A program made the translations under genes and the position numbers. The notes below the pieces were generated by a model. It did not search any database. It was not told the origin of the DNA and was given only the letters and a program-made list of their open reading frames with translations. 64,000 nucleotides of DNA from Dehalococcoidia bacterium (GTDB lineage: Bacteria > Chloroflexota > Dehalococcoidia > SHYB01). This document shows positions 1 to 11,232 of the stretch, one piece after another. The stretch spans positions 579,444 through 643,443 of the forward strand of contig OZ253453.1 of assembly GCA_965261455.1 (NCBI GenBank). The letters run 5' to 3'. Each line of letters opens with the position of its first letter. Position 1 is the stretch's first letter.

Positions 1-1554
1 CAGGGTGACTTTCTCCGGCCAATGCGCGAGTTCAGCGGTGGTTGGGTCATGCGCGCAGGCCTGGCCAGAATTCTGTTCAAGAAGCCCAATCTCTTGCTCC
101 TTGACGAGCCAACCAACCACCTGGACCTTGATGCGAACTTGTGGTTTGAGAAATACTTGGCCAATTTTCAAGGCGGCGTGCTCGTCACATCTCACGATCG
201 CGCTTTTTTGGATCAGACCGCGACCAAGGTTCTTTCCATAGAACCGGATGAGGTGGCGCTTCACACGGGCAACTATCACGATTACCTCGTTGCACGCGAG
301 AGCACACTTCAGAACAAGCTGACAGCCGCCGCCAGGCAGCAGCGCAAAATAGATAAGCAAATGCGCTTTGTGGAACGGTTTCGCTCCAAGGCAACGAAGG
401 CCAGCCAGGTGCAAAGCCGTTTGAAGCAACTCGAGAAAATACAGATCATCAAGTTGCCAAGGGCCACCAAGAAGGTCAGCTACTCCTTCCCGGAGCCCCC
501 GCGTAGCGGTTCCGAGGTCATAACACTGACCAATGTAAGCAAGTCCTACGGCAATATCGTGGTCTACCGAGGCATAGACCTGACGCTTTCGCGCGGCGAC
601 CGTGTTGCACTAGTCGGACCGAACGGCGCCGGGAAGACCACCATGTTGAAGATACTTGCAGGCGTCGTTCCGGTTGATGAGGGGGAAAGAAAGACCGGGC
701 ACAACGTCGTCACTACCTATTACGCCCAGCACGTACTCGAACTCCTCAACCCGAACAATACACTCATTGAGGAATTGCAGCAGTCCTCGCCAAGGGAATC
801 GGAGCAGAACCTGCGCACGACCCTCGGCGGCTTCCTGTTCAGCGGCGACGACGTGCGCAAGCCTATTTCCGTACTGTCCGGCGGTGAAAAGGCCCGGGCG
901 GCCCTGGCTAAGCTGCTCCTTCAGCCAACCAACCTGCTCCTCATGGATGAGCCGACCAATCACCTTGACATCGCTTCCAGGGAAATTCTCGCAGACGCCC
1001 TTGGCGATTATCACGGCACTATCTGTTTCATAACCCACGACCGCACTCTGATACGTCAGGTCGCAAACAAGATTGTAGAGATAGACGGCGGCCGGCCCAC
1101 GGTTTTCCCCGGAGACTACGACAGTTATCTCTACCGAAAGCAGACTGAGACCGATAAGAGGAGCGCCAACGCAAGGGCCAATGGAACGGCCGGAGATGCT
1201 GCAGAACGAGGCCAGGCTGTTAGCCGCTCCGGTCAGCCGACCAGCGCCAAGGAGCACCGGTCGCTTACAAAAGAGGCCCGCAGACTCGCGACGCAGATAG
1301 AGAACATAAATGTCTCCCTGGTTGACCACGAGACCCGCATTGCGGAGTTGGAGGCCATGTTCTCCAGCCCCGACCTGTTTGACGAGCCCACTCAGATTGT
1401 CTCCTCAGGAGAGCAATACCGTGTGCTCAAAGAGGAGGTGCAGTCCCTCTGGGATGAGTGGGAGAGGTTGACATTGGAGGCGGAGGACGTCGACAGCAAG
1501 CTGACGGACCTGAAGGCCGGCTCGACCCGTGCCAAGGGTGTCAATGCCGGGTGA
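1..1554 (+). CDS. ABC-F family ATP-binding protein (5' part outside window)
   Basis: Frame is open from base 1. First NBD end ([18 protein letters not shown]), linker, second NBD ([27 protein letters not shown]), C-terminal coiled-coil tail. Confidence 0.92.
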   Translation, partial: QGDFLRPMREFSGGWVMRAGLARILFKKPNLLLLDEPTNHLDLDANLWFEKYLANFQGGVLVTSHDRAFLDQTATKVLSIEPDEVALHTGNYHDYLVARESTLQNKLTAAARQQRKIDKQMRFVERFRSKATKASQVQSRLKQLEKIQIIKLPRATKKVSYSFPEPPRSGSEVITLTNVSKSYGNIVVYRGIDLTLSRGDRVALVGPNGAGKTTMLKILAGVVPVDEGERKTGHNVVTTYYAQHVLELLNPNNTLIEELQQSSPRESEQNLRTTLGGFLFSGDDVRKPISVLSGGEKARAALAKLLLQPTNLLLMDEPTNHLDIASREILADALGDYHGTICFITHDRTLIRQVANKIVEIDGGRPTVFPGDYDSYLYRKQTETDKRSANARANGTAGDAAERGQAVSRSGQPTSAKEHRSLTKEARRLATQIENINVSLVDHETRIAELEAMFSSPDLFDEPTQIVSSGEQYRVLKEEVQSLWDEWERLTLEAEDVDSKLTDLKAGSTRAKGVNAG

Positions 1555-2025
1555 AAGTGCCCGTGTGCGTACAGCACGTCGCTGTTTGGGGGAATGAACA
1601 ACGTCTCTGCGCGCTCATAGATCCGCCTAACACATAGTTGACCTACAATAGATCGCGGGATGTGCGTAGCTGACTACGGCATATTGTATTTCGTGGTCCT
1701 GTCGTACAGATATCAAGCAGCAACCCTAGTACTCAGTCACCCCTTAATGGTGGCTGTCGTCCGCAGCCGGGACTTGCCAATGAAGGAACCCGACAGGCTC
1801 ACAAGGAGAACCAGACGCTGGGGACTCGCCTCTCGAGGCTGAGCCATACCAGCCACCGCATCATCGGGAGCCTTGATCTCGCTACCGTCCTGCAAAAGGT
1901 CGTGTCTTTTCCGCCAGAGAGGCTTAGAATGTGTCTTTCCTCGCTCATGCGTCGTTGCCTCCTTTGAGTACCTGCAGCTTACAGTACATGGGACCTGATT
2001 TGCTGGCCATTGAGCCGGCGATCTC

Positions 2026-3915
2026 TCAGCCTCCAGCGTCCACTCCGGTAGAAGATGGGTCTATGTCTCCCGGAATATTGAGGTGGATCGTCAGTGCAGT
2101 CTTCGCGTGGGATGCTGTAATCCTCGGCTTGTTGGTGATCGTGACACTTGCCAAAATCACTTCTCCTGTCGGGCTATCTAGGTCGTGAGGTCCTCTTAAG
2201 GCCGAGATCGCTCCCAGGCTTCCAGACAACGTCTGAAGGTCCCTCGTATTCCTCGCTACTCGGTCTGTAGCGTTTCTGAAACGCGCTTCCTTCTTGTCTT
2301 CAGGGGTCTTGTCCAGGTCTCCAGGTGTAGGCATCTGCCTCGCCAACTCGATTGCCTTCGAGAGGTTACCCTGAAGCCCTCTAAGAAGTTCCCCGCTCAG
2401 GATGCACTTCCATTGCTCGTACTGAGGCGATGAGAATAGGTAAGCGCCATAGTGGATGGGGCCACACACCACATGAAACTTCTGATTCCCGTCTTCGACA
2501 TAGACCATGACGTCTTGAGCTTGGAACTGTGGAGGCACGACGGGGAGGCCAATACGGCTTAGGTCGCCCACGTAAGCCCGCTGAACGTCAGCAGCAAATG
2601 AAAACTCTACTCCAGCCACCCGGATGAGGCGCGATCCTCGAGCGAACTCCTCGAACTCATCCAATCTGACAGTCAGAGCCTCCTTCACTCTCCATTGGAT
2701 CTTCCAGTCCTCATCCTTCCAGTGCAGCAATTCCTTCCTCGCAGTATTTCTCACCTGACACCGTGAAAGGCCGTCCGGGAATCATGTTCCCGGGTACTAG
2801 AACAACGGTATGCTCACGAGGGAAAGGTCTCGACCCGCCAAAAGCCAGGTCACATTCGGGAGTCATAACGATATATGCCCTCCGTCGAGGAGTCACCTCC
2901 TGTACAAAGAGGTCGCCGAAATGAAGAGCAACTATGCTACTGGAGTTCCCGCTGAGCACTTTCGCTTTTTCGTCAAGAGCCGGATAACGGTTAGAGGAGA
3001 TGTCAGAGTCCGCGTCTGCAAACATTGCAGCACGATAGGCTGACAGGAAGGCATCTGAGGTCCCCATTCAGTCATGGGCAGGGCTGCGAACACCATTCTA
3101 TCCACGTCCTCTTTGCTGCTTTGGACACCGTCACCTCTTCCAAGCTGCTGCTTAAAATAGACACCGGCAAGCCATAGAAGATAATCCCCAAGTGGGTGGC
3201 CATCCGCATTCAGACTGAGCAATTGAATCAAGGCGAAGTCCTCGAGAGTCAAGCGTCTGACCAGCGATGACACCTGTTTGGCTGCACTATGGGACGCCTC
3301 CGAAACAGTGTGGACAAAGGATTGCAGCGCGACAGCTTTAGGCCAGTTCTCCGTGATGTCGTTCAGAATTGCATGCAGGCCGATTCCCTTGAGCTCTTCC
3401 TTCTGGAAGCCGAAGAACATACCAGCCATGATACCGGTCCGGTCGCGGAACCTGATCTTCAGCTCAGAAACAAGCTTGGTTCGGCTGCTCATGAGAACAA
3501 CGATGGGTCTCCTAGGCGTTGTCAGAGCATCATGAATGCGGTTAATCTCGGCGATCGATTCTGCCGCCACATCCTCCACATTGCTATCGTCAAGGGTGTA
3601 ATCAATGAAAATCACTGACACATCGTCAGGGGGGTCTTTGGGATCGCCAATGCCAGATGCGTGGACTGTGATGCCCAGTTCCCTCAGGCACTCGATAAGC
3701 TGCTCAACCTCCTTTCTGGCAGCCCCAACGAAAGGCTCTAGGTATCCCTCCCAAACCGTAACGAGGTCCTCTCTCTCGGAAACTCGTTGCCTCAACTTCT
3801 CGAGAAAGTCTTCCGCCTCTGGTGACGCTGCGCTTTCTGGCAGTGCTAGGTCTTCCTGCTTGAGCCACTCCTCAAGTTCGGGCTTTCCTTCGATGAAAGT
3901 TCTGATCTCGTCCTG
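2026..3915 (-). pseudogene. Large protein with a receiver-like domain (inactive response-receiver type seen in defence loci), 5'-truncated, two frameshifts
   Basis: Three consecutive overlapping ORFs (2932-3933, 2711-3067, 2026-2754) read as one protein with switches near 3040 and 2760. Receiver-like VIFIDYTL...IVVLMSSR, TPECDL motif and late QRAYVGDLSRIGLP. Visibly lower GC than its neighbours. Confidence 0.5.
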
Positions 3916-4082
3916 GACGCCATGTAGATGCAACGGGTGACGGTGATGGGCATCAACAGCTGGGGAAGCTCGTCCCCTTCCCGCACGTCTTCCCAGAACC
4001 GGTCATGGAACGGCGGCGGCTGATAGCCGGTCCGCTCGCCTTCGATGACCTCCTCCAGATTGGCGCTCCATCCTCCTGGCAT
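3916..4082 (-). pseudogene. MaoC-type dehydratase, N-terminal fragment only
   Basis: ATG at 4082 after GGAGG. FWEDVREGDELP..ITVT..IYMAS is the hot-dog N-terminus; it breaks off into unrelated sequence near 3915. Confidence 0.7.
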
Positions 4083-4084
4083 CG

Positions 4085-4377
4085 CTACGCCTCCTTGGCG
4101 CCCTGGGGAGCTGGCCCGTCCCGGCGATACCCGAGGAGGGTATGCTGGCCCTGGGCCACTACCTCGCTGTCCTGGTTCCGGTAGATCTCCTCGACGGTCC
4201 AGAAGTGGCCCGTTCCCAGGCGTGTCTTCTTCAGGGGCGAGATGACGGCGAGCCGGTTGGCGGTGTTGATCCGGTCGCCCACTTGGATCGGTCGGTGGAA
4301 CTCGAGGTCGGAGGAGACGAGGACCCCGTACGGGACGTTCAGGAGGGCCTTGAGGTCCTCGTGAACGATGCGCTGCG
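4085..4377 (-). pseudogene. MaoC/FAS1-like dehydratase, C-terminal half only
   Basis: SDLEFHRPIQVGDRI...KKTRLGTGHFWT..YRNQDSEVV hot-dog motif with no start; fused upstream to a CoA-transferase. Confidence 0.7.
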
Positions 4378-5036
4378 GCCGGGTGGGACCCCGGTGGAAA
4401 CATATTCGTTGAAGTTGAGAATGGCCAGGGTGAGGACGCCGTCCACTATGGCCATGTCGATGTAGTTGCCTTTTTGGTAGCGGAGTTTGGCGATGACGGC
4501 GGACAGAATGCTGATGGCGGCGTTCATCCCTCCCCCGACGCCGTCGGCCACGGTGACTCCCATGATGGAAGGCAGTCCGTCGGCGGGCCCCGTCATGTCC
4601 AGGAGGCCGCACAGGCCGACGTAGTTGATGTCGTGGCCGGCGTAGCCGCTGTAGGGACCCGTTTGGCCATAGCCCGCGAGAGAAGCGTAGATGATGTCCG
4701 GCTTGATGGTCTTGATGGTATCGTAGTCGGCCCCCAGCCGAGCAGCGGCCCCGGGGCGAAAGCCTTCCATGAACACATCGGCCGAACGCACCAGGCGATA
4801 GAGGACCTCCCGGCCCTCCTCCCGCTTCAGGTTGATCGCGATGCTGCGGGAGTTCCGGCGGATGTGGGATCCCGGCCCTATGATGCGCCCTGCCCGGCTC
4901 TCCGAGCCGACGGCTCCCCGGCCTCCTCCACTTTCACGATCTCCGCCCCAAGGTCTCCCAGGATCTGGTTGCAATGCGGGCCCGGCCCCATCGCGGCCAG
5001 GTCGACGATACGAATGCCTTCCAGTGGTCCAGGCAT
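4378..5036 (-). pseudogene. CaiB/BaiF family III CoA-transferase (racemase-like), frameshifted and 3'-truncated
   Basis: ATG 5036 [20 protein letters not shown]; frameshift near 4890; continues RSIAINLK..EGFRPG..GHDINY..VADG; ends abruptly near 4378. Confidence 0.8.
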
Positions 5037-5045
5037 CTTCTCTCC

Positions 5046-6311
5046 TTACGAGGGCCCCAGCACGGGGGTCGCCCCGGTAATCTTGTCTTGTTCCATCGCT
5101 TCGACCTCCTCGGAAGAAAGGCCCAGGACCTCCTTCAAGGCCCAGAGCCGGTGCTCCCCCACGAAGGGCGCCAGGCCCAGGACCGGCTGGGGCGCAGCCG
5201 ACAGCTTCCAGGGGGGCATGCGCAGGAGGAACTCGCCCGCCTCCGGGTGGCGCACGGTGGTGAAGAAACCGCGTGCGTTCAAGTGCTGGTCCTCGACCAG
5301 CCCCTTGGCGGTCAGGACGGGGCCGGCGGACACCCCCGCCTGCTCGAGTTGGTGAAAGATCTCGGTGGCATCCTGCTCGGAGCTCCACGCCTCCATGTAG
5401 CGGTTCAGGTCCTCCCGATGGTCCCACCGGCCTCTCTGCGCTCGAAAACGCTCCTCCTTGCTCCAAACCGGGTTGCCCATGACGCGGCACAGGGCGTCCC
5501 ACTGCTCGTCATTGGTCACCACGATGGTGATCCATTGGTCCTCGCCCCGAGTCCGGTAGCACCCATGGGGCGCCATCCACGAGTGAGCGTTACCCTCCCG
5601 TGCCCCGTTGCGCTGGTTCATGGCGTAGTCCATGATCATATCAGGGAGCAGGCTGGTGATGGCTTCGGCCTGGGAGAGGTCGATGTGCTGGCCTTGGCCG
5701 GTAACCGCCCGGTGCTCCAGGGCCGTCAGGATCGCGAAGGCCCCGGTGACTCCGGCTATGGGGTCGCCGTAGGACACGCCCTGGCGCATGGGAGGGCCGC
5801 CTGGGTAGCCCGTGGTCCACGCCAGGCCCGATATCGCGTCCATGCTGAGTCCCATGGCGCGGAAGTCACGATAGGGCCCCGTGCGCCCGTAGCCCGGCAT
5901 GGAACACATGATGACGTCGGGCCGGACCTCGCGCAAGACAGGGTAGTCGATGCCCAGGCTCGCCATGACGCCGGCGCTGAAATTCTCCACCACCACATCG
6001 CTGATACGGGCCAGCGTCAGCAAATGCTCCTTGCCCTGGGGCCGCCCCAGGTCCAGGGTCAGGCCCAACTTGTTGCGGCCTAGATCGTGGAAGAGGGCGC
6101 CGCAGTTCCACGGGTCGGCGCCTGGTTTGCCCCCGGGGAAATAGGGCAGGTTGCGCAGGGAATCAATGCGCTGGACGGCCTCCACCTTGATGACCTCCGC
6201 CCCAAGGTCCACCAGCAGGCGTGTGGCGTAAGGCCCATCCCAGATCATGGAGAAGTCCAGCACCCGCACGCCTTCCAGCAAAGGGCGGCCCCCGGCGGTC
6301 TCCTTGGCCAT
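5046..6311 (-). CDS. CaiB/BaiF family III CoA-transferase
   Basis: LEGVRVLDFSMIWDGP, RNKLGLTLDL, ENFSAG, YGDPIAG (catalytic Asp), APHGCY. Start re-placed at ATG 6311, which overlaps the upstream TGA. Confidence 0.92.
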   Translation of the reverse strand: MAKETAGGRPLLEGVRVLDFSMIWDGPYATRLLVDLGAEVIKVEAVQRIDSLRNLPYFPGGKPGADPWNCGALFHDLGRNKLGLTLDLGRPQGKEHLLTLARISDVVVENFSAGVMASLGIDYPVLREVRPDVIMCSMPGYGRTGPYRDFRAMGLSMDAISGLAWTTGYPGGPPMRQGVSYGDPIAGVTGAFAILTALEHRAVTGQGQHIDLSQAEAITSLLPDMIMDYAMNQRNGAREGNAHSWMAPHGCYRTRGEDQWITIVVTNDEQWDALCRVMGNPVWSKEERFRAQRGRWDHREDLNRYMEAWSSEQDATEIFHQLEQAGVSAGPVLTAKGLVEDQHLNARGFFTTVRHPEAGEFLLRMPPWKLSAAPQPVLGLAPFVGEHRLWALKEVLGLSSEEVEAMEQDKITGATPVLGPS

Positions 6312-7507
6312 CACACGACCCCCATTTCTCGTAACCGGGCCAGCTCCGTCTTGGCCATGCCCATCTCCTGGCAAAAGACGGCTTCGTTATGCTCCCCCAG
6401 CAGGGGGGCCCGGCCGGTTTTCCAGGGCGTCTCGCTCATCCTGAAAGGGGTGCTCGGATAGGGTAGGGGGCCGGTATGCGGGTGGTCGATAGTCTCGAAG
6501 TAGCGGCGCGCCCGGTATTGAGGGTCCTCCAGCAGGTCTTCGGGCGAGGAGACCCAGGCGAAGGCCATGCCCCTCTCCTGGCCTTGCCGCGTGATCTCCT
6601 CCTTGTCATGCTCCATGAGCCAGGGCGCCATCAGAGCGTCGACCTCGTCGGCGCGGCGCCGCCGGTCCCGGCCATCGGAGAACTCATCCTCAGCAAGCTC
6701 GGTGCTGCCCATCATCTCGACCAGGGCCGGCCACTGGGTCGCGCTGGTGGCCAGTATGGCCACATACCCGTTACGGCATGGAAGGATAGTCATGGGATGG
6801 CTTGAAGGCTGGCGGTTCCCCGGCCGGGGAGCGACAACCTTCTGAGTCCAGTACATTGGCAGGGTCTCCCCCACCATGCTGGCGATGCACTCCTGGATCG
6901 ATAGGTCAATGTGCTGGCCCTGGCCCGTGAAGCGCCGGGCGAAAACGGCGGCCAGGGTTGCCAGGGCGGCGTGTAGGCCACCTTGGAAGAAGGACTGTCG
7001 TCCTCCCGCCTTCAGGGGTTCCCGGTCCTGCTCCCCGTTGATGGCCATCAGCCCGCCCAGGGCATAGAGGGTCAAGTCCGACGCCTCGTAGTCCCGATAG
7101 GGCCCCGACTGGCCGAAGCTGGTGATGCTGGCCATTATGAGAGCGGGGTTCAGAGCCAGGAGGTCATTGTAGCCCAGGCCCAAGCGCTCCATGGTCCCCG
7201 GCCGGAAGCTCTCCACCAGTACGTCGGCCTCTCGCACGAGGTCTCGGAAAAGCGACGCGCCAGCCGCCGTTTCGAGATTCAACGTGACGCCGCGCTTGTT
7301 GGTGTTCATGTATAAGAACAGCCCGGACCCCTCGGGATGGGGCAAGTCCTTGTAGAACGGCCCCAGCCGGCGCAAGGGGTCGCCCTCGGGCTGCTCCACC
7401 TTCAGCACCTGCGCGCCGTAATCGGCCAGCAGCTTGGCGCAGTAAGGCCCGGCGATGAACTGGCCGAGGTCGAGAACTCGGATGTGTTCAAGGGCGTTGC
7501 GGGTCAT
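6311..7507 (-). CDS. CaiB/BaiF family III CoA-transferase-like subunit (catalytic Asp position not conserved)
   Basis: LEHIRVLDLGQFIAGPYCAKLLAD, NTNKRGVTLNL, ESFRPG, GQHIDLS, APLLGEHN. The Asp region reads GRQSFFQGG. Confidence 0.9.
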   Translation of the reverse strand: MTRNALEHIRVLDLGQFIAGPYCAKLLADYGAQVLKVEQPEGDPLRRLGPFYKDLPHPEGSGLFLYMNTNKRGVTLNLETAAGASLFRDLVREADVLVESFRPGTMERLGLGYNDLLALNPALIMASITSFGQSGPYRDYEASDLTLYALGGLMAINGEQDREPLKAGGRQSFFQGGLHAALATLAAVFARRFTGQGQHIDLSIQECIASMVGETLPMYWTQKVVAPRPGNRQPSSHPMTILPCRNGYVAILATSATQWPALVEMMGSTELAEDEFSDGRDRRRRADEVDALMAPWLMEHDKEEITRQGQERGMAFAWVSSPEDLLEDPQYRARRYFETIDHPHTGPLPYPSTPFRMSETPWKTGRAPLLGEHNEAVFCQEMGMAKTELARLREMGVV

Positions 7508-8150
7508 GATCGCTCCTTCCGCATGCGGGCCATGAAGGCCTGGAATCCCGGCTCCCCATCAAGAGGGCCCTCGTTTGTGTATGCGGCCAGCTGTTTCTCT
7601 GGCATTCCGAGGAGGTCGCAGAAGACGTAGCGGCTATCGGCCCCGATACTTATGGCGGCGCGCTTGGCCCTAGCGGGGGGTTCACACAGGCGGACCGCCA
7701 TGCCGGTGGCGACGACCTTCCCTTTTTGGCATGGTCCATCTCCATGAAGAACCCTCTGTCCTTCAAATGGGGGTCCTCCAGGAGCTGGCGGGTGGACTGG
7801 ACCATCCCTGCCGCAACGCCTGCGGCCTGGAGGTGCTCCATGACTTCCCTGGCGGTGCGGCGGGACGTCCAGCGTGACAGCCGAGTGTCGAGCTCCTCCC
7901 AGTGTTCCAGACGTCCAGCGACGGCGTCGAAACGCGGGTCCCGAGACCAGCGGGGCGAGCTAATGGCCCGGCGAAAGCGAAGCCACTGGTCATCGGACCT
8001 CACGGCTATCACGCACCATCCCTCCGCATCGCCTTCCTCGGGGATGCATGGGTGGCAACCGTCGCCCGCCGTGGCATTGTACTCGGGTTCCACTTGAGGC
8101 TTCAAGGCACTGTCGAGGAAGGCCGAAAGCAGCGCGCCAAACTCAGCGGC
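7504..8150 (-). pseudogene. CaiB/BaiF CoA-transferase, C-terminal fragment with frameshift
   Basis: WCVIAVRSDDQW...DPRF..RLEHWEELD..GVAAG..LLEDPHLKDRGFF; frameshift near 7700; N-terminal half absent. Confidence 0.75.
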
Positions 8151-8185
8151 GATAGATTGACTCAATGCGATTGTGTGGTGGCGCC

Positions 8186-8262
8186 ATGGCAATTAACAAG
8201 ATCTACCCCAGCTTCTCTCAAGCGGTGGCGGATATCCCGGACGGCGCTTCGCTAATGGTCGC
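8186..8262 (+). pseudogene. Family I CoA-transferase subunit A, N-terminal stub
   Basis: MAINKIYPSFSQAVADIPDGASLMV matches the typical 3-oxoacid CoA-transferase A start; it stops before the expected GGFG. Confidence 0.6.
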
Positions 8263-8333
8263 CCTTTCGGGACGCCCGCGGACCGTCTGCACGAAGTCAT
8301 GGATGCCCTGGAGGGTTGACCCATCTTTGGGCC

Positions 8334-8384
8334 GCGGCCCGACCGCGCGGCCCGACCGCGCGGCCCGACCGCGCGGCCCGACCG
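8334..8384. repeat. Tandem repeat, 4 x 13 bp (GCGGCCCGACCGC)
   Basis: Directly visible; the fourth unit ends ...ACCGT. Confidence 0.95.
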
Positions 8385-8501
8385 TAACACATTGCGGCCG
8401 GGCACGACGTTGGAGGATGGGACGCAGCTTTTCTGGTAGGCGCCGTTGGCGGGGGTGAGACAGCCGCGGCGGGATGGTGACGGCCCGCGCAGCCGGTCGA
8501 C

Positions 8502-9362
8502 CTACGAGGAGCCGTTGCCCAGAAAACCCAGGATGACCTCAGCCAGCCGGTGCGGCGCCCATTCCACTACGTCGCCGCCCGTGTCTTCCATGGTGACGAG
8601 GGAGCCGTCGGCCAGGAGATCCGCGACAAGCTGACCCTGGCGGCCAAGGTGCTCTTCCGCCTCAGTGGCCAGCTCCACCACCAACGTCCTGGCCTTGATG
8701 CGGCTCAGCGCGGCTCCGAAATCGAACCCGAAGTTGGCTCGGTAAAGCCCACGAACGCTGTCCCGCGCCTGCATGAAATCCACCGCACGGTCCGCCAGCA
8801 CCCTGAGCACGTCGGGGGAGAGTTTTCGGGCAGCGAGCACCTTCTCGTTCCACCATGTCCCGCTCAGGCTGACGTAGCTGGAAGCCCATTCCCCGAGCAG
8901 GCGTGGCTCTTCGGACAGGGTTTCGTCGCTCTTCATCTGCCGCCCCACGATGGCGTGAATGGCGGCGCTGCGCTTCTCTCGGTCGACGATGATGCTGTGC
9001 GTCTCGCCGCACAGTATCACGCTCCCCACACGTTGCGGCCACCCGGACGCAAGCGCCGCCGCGACCTTGTTCCCGGTGCCCAGGCCGAAGATGTCCGCCC
9101 TGGCAATGCCGAGGGCGTCCTGGAATTGAATGACGCTTAGAGCCAGGTCCTCCATCGTCGCCTGGGCAGGCAACCGGTCCGAGCCGCCGGAGTCCAGCAT
9201 GTCGGGAGCGAAAACACGGTAGCGCTTGGCAAGTGGGGGAATGAGGCCCGTGTACACCCGAAACGACCGAGGGCTCGGGTGGAAGAGGACCAGAGGACTG
9301 CCTTCGCCGTCCGCCGCGTAGTGGATCTGCCCCATGGGCGTGTCAACGTAAGATCGCTTCAA
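8502..9362 (-). CDS. Alpha/beta-hydrolase fold protein
   Basis: GQIHY..GEGSPLVLFHPSP, APDMLDSGGSD, nucleophile elbow GLGTG (atypical); intact ORF. Confidence 0.85.
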   Translation of the reverse strand: MKRSYVDTPMGQIHYAADGEGSPLVLFHPSPRSFRVYTGLIPPLAKRYRVFAPDMLDSGGSDRLPAQATMEDLALSVIQFQDALGIARADIFGLGTGNKVAAALASGWPQRVGSVILCGETHSIIVDREKRSAAIHAIVGRQMKSDETLSEEPRLLGEWASSYVSLSGTWWNEKVLAARKLSPDVLRVLADRAVDFMQARDSVRGLYRANFGFDFGAALSRIKARTLVVELATEAEEHLGRQGQLVADLLADGSLVTMEDTGGDVVEWAPHRLAEVILGFLGNGSS

Positions 9363-9460
9363 GCCGACCTCCGGTTCGGAAAAGGGCTCGCCACTCGTCC
9401 GGGCCGCGAAACGCAGAGTGCCCGAGCCGCGGCGTGTCCCGATTATAATGGCCCAGGGCC

Positions 9461-10354
9461 ATGAAAGGGCACAATCCCAAACCCATCTCCGCTGAGTTCC
9501 CGTTCGAGTCGAACTTCGTCGAGATCGACGGCTCCAATATGCACTGCATCGAACAGGGAGCCGGGCGTCCAGTCCTTTTCCTTCATGGGAATCCGACCTC
9601 CTCGTATATCTGGAGGAACATCATTCCTCACATGGCACCGTCGGCGCGCTGCATCGCGTTGGATCTGATCGGCATGGGGAAGTCGGACAAACCTGACATC
9701 GAATATCGGTTCTTCGACCACGTCAGCTATGTCGAGGGATTTATCGCAAAGCTGGGGTTGGAGCACGTGACCCTTGTCGTCCACGATTGGGGCTCCAAGC
9801 TGGGCCTGTATTACGCCATGCGTCACGAGCGGAACGTGGAGGGTGTAGCGTTCCTGGGATCGATGTTCATGCCGGTGGCTCGCTGGCGGGCGATCCCCGC
9901 TGATTTCCGCGACACGTTGAGGGCTTGGAGGACGCCTGTGGCTGGATGGGATCTCATTGTGAACCGCAACGTCTTTTTCAATGAAGTGTTGCCGGGGGCA
10001 ATCGTTCGCCGGTTGACGGACGAAGAAACGCGCCACTATCAAAGGCCGTTCGAGGACCCTCGAAGCCGGAAGGTGCTTTGGCGTTGGCCCCGGGAGATCC
10101 CCACCGAAGGCGAGCCTGCGGACGTAGCGGCTGCGATGCAGGCCGTCAACCAATGGCTCGCGCGCACCGACGTGCCGATGCTATTGTTCCACGCGACGCC
10201 AGGCGGTCTGGGCCAGGCGCCTATGGTGCGATGGCTTCGCCGCCACGTGCGAAACTTCGCGGCTGTCCATCTGGGCAGGGGTTTGCATTTCATACAAGAA
10301 GACTATCCCCACGAGATTGGAGCGGATCTGGCGCGCTGGCACTCGAGCTTTTGA
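9461..10354 (+). CDS. dhaA: Haloalkane dehalogenase (DhaA/HLD-II-like)
   Basis: FLHGNPTSSYIWRNIIP, DLIGMGKSDKP, HDWG nucleophile, WRWPREIP, GLHFIQED. A TATAAT hexamer lies just upstream. Confidence 0.88.
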   Translation: MKGHNPKPISAEFPFESNFVEIDGSNMHCIEQGAGRPVLFLHGNPTSSYIWRNIIPHMAPSARCIALDLIGMGKSDKPDIEYRFFDHVSYVEGFIAKLGLEHVTLVVHDWGSKLGLYYAMRHERNVEGVAFLGSMFMPVARWRAIPADFRDTLRAWRTPVAGWDLIVNRNVFFNEVLPGAIVRRLTDEETRHYQRPFEDPRSRKVLWRWPREIPTEGEPADVAAAMQAVNQWLARTDVPMLLFHATPGGLGQAPMVRWLRRHVRNFAAVHLGRGLHFIQEDYPHEIGADLARWHSSF

Positions 10355-10425
10355 CCGGCCGCTTGATTAGCTGATAACGCTGGTTGCGGCTGTCGACACT
10401 ATCCCGACGGAAGACAGGGGAGATC

Positions 10426-11206
10426 ATGGGCCAACTCGATGGAAAGATCGGTATTATCACCGGCGGCGGAGGCTACATCGGAAGGGGCATCGCGCGAGCC
10501 TTTGTGAAAGAAAGGAGCCAAGGTCGTCATCGCCGAACGTTACCCTGAGGTTGCCACGGCGGCGGCGGCAGAGGTCGCGGAGCTTGGCGGCGAGGCCTTG
10601 GCCGTTACGTGTGACGTCTCAGACGAGGCACAGGTCAAGGCCTTGGTGGACCAGACCATCGAGCGGTTCGGGTGTGTCGACATCCTGGTGAACAATGCTC
10701 AGAGATGGACGGGAGGAGCGAAGTCCCACCTCGGCGCGCCGATCGAGTCGCTACCCGAGGAGTGGTGGGACGAGTCGTTCGACACTGGAGTTACGGCTAC
10801 ATGGTTTTGCTGCAAAGCTGTCTTTCCCCATATGAAGGGCCGGGGAGGCAAGATCATCAACTTCGGTTCCATCATGGGCATCGTGGGCTGGCAGGGAGCC
10901 GCTGATTACAACGCCAACAAGGAAGCCATTCGAGCCCTCACCAGGACTGCCGCGGTGGAGTGGGGCAAGCACAAGGTCAATGTCAACACGATCTGTCCGT
11001 CCGCGTTGACGCCGGAGAAGGTCCTGGCCGGCCCCGACGTTGATCCGGAAGAGTGGATCGAGCAGTACGTGGCCCAGCTGCCGATGCGACGCGTAGGCGA
11101 TCCGGAAAAGGACATTGGGCGTGTGGCCGTTTTCCTGGCCAGCGAGGACGCGGACTACATCACAGGTCAGACGTTCATGGTGGATGGCGGCGCTCACATG
11201 CTGTGA
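10426..11206 (+). pseudogene. SDR family oxidoreductase with +1 frameshift
   Basis: ATG 10426 MGQLDGKIGIITGGGGYIGRGIARAFVKE, extra A near 10513, then NNAQ, YNANK, TGQTFMVDGG. Confidence 0.85.
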
Positions 11207-11232
11207 CGGCGCCGAGCCAACGGGAGGAGAAC

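Noticed and set aside
8334-8384. 13-bp repeats as a mini CRISPR array
   Set aside because: Units are directly adjacent with no spacers, and no cas genes are present; this is a simple tandem repeat.
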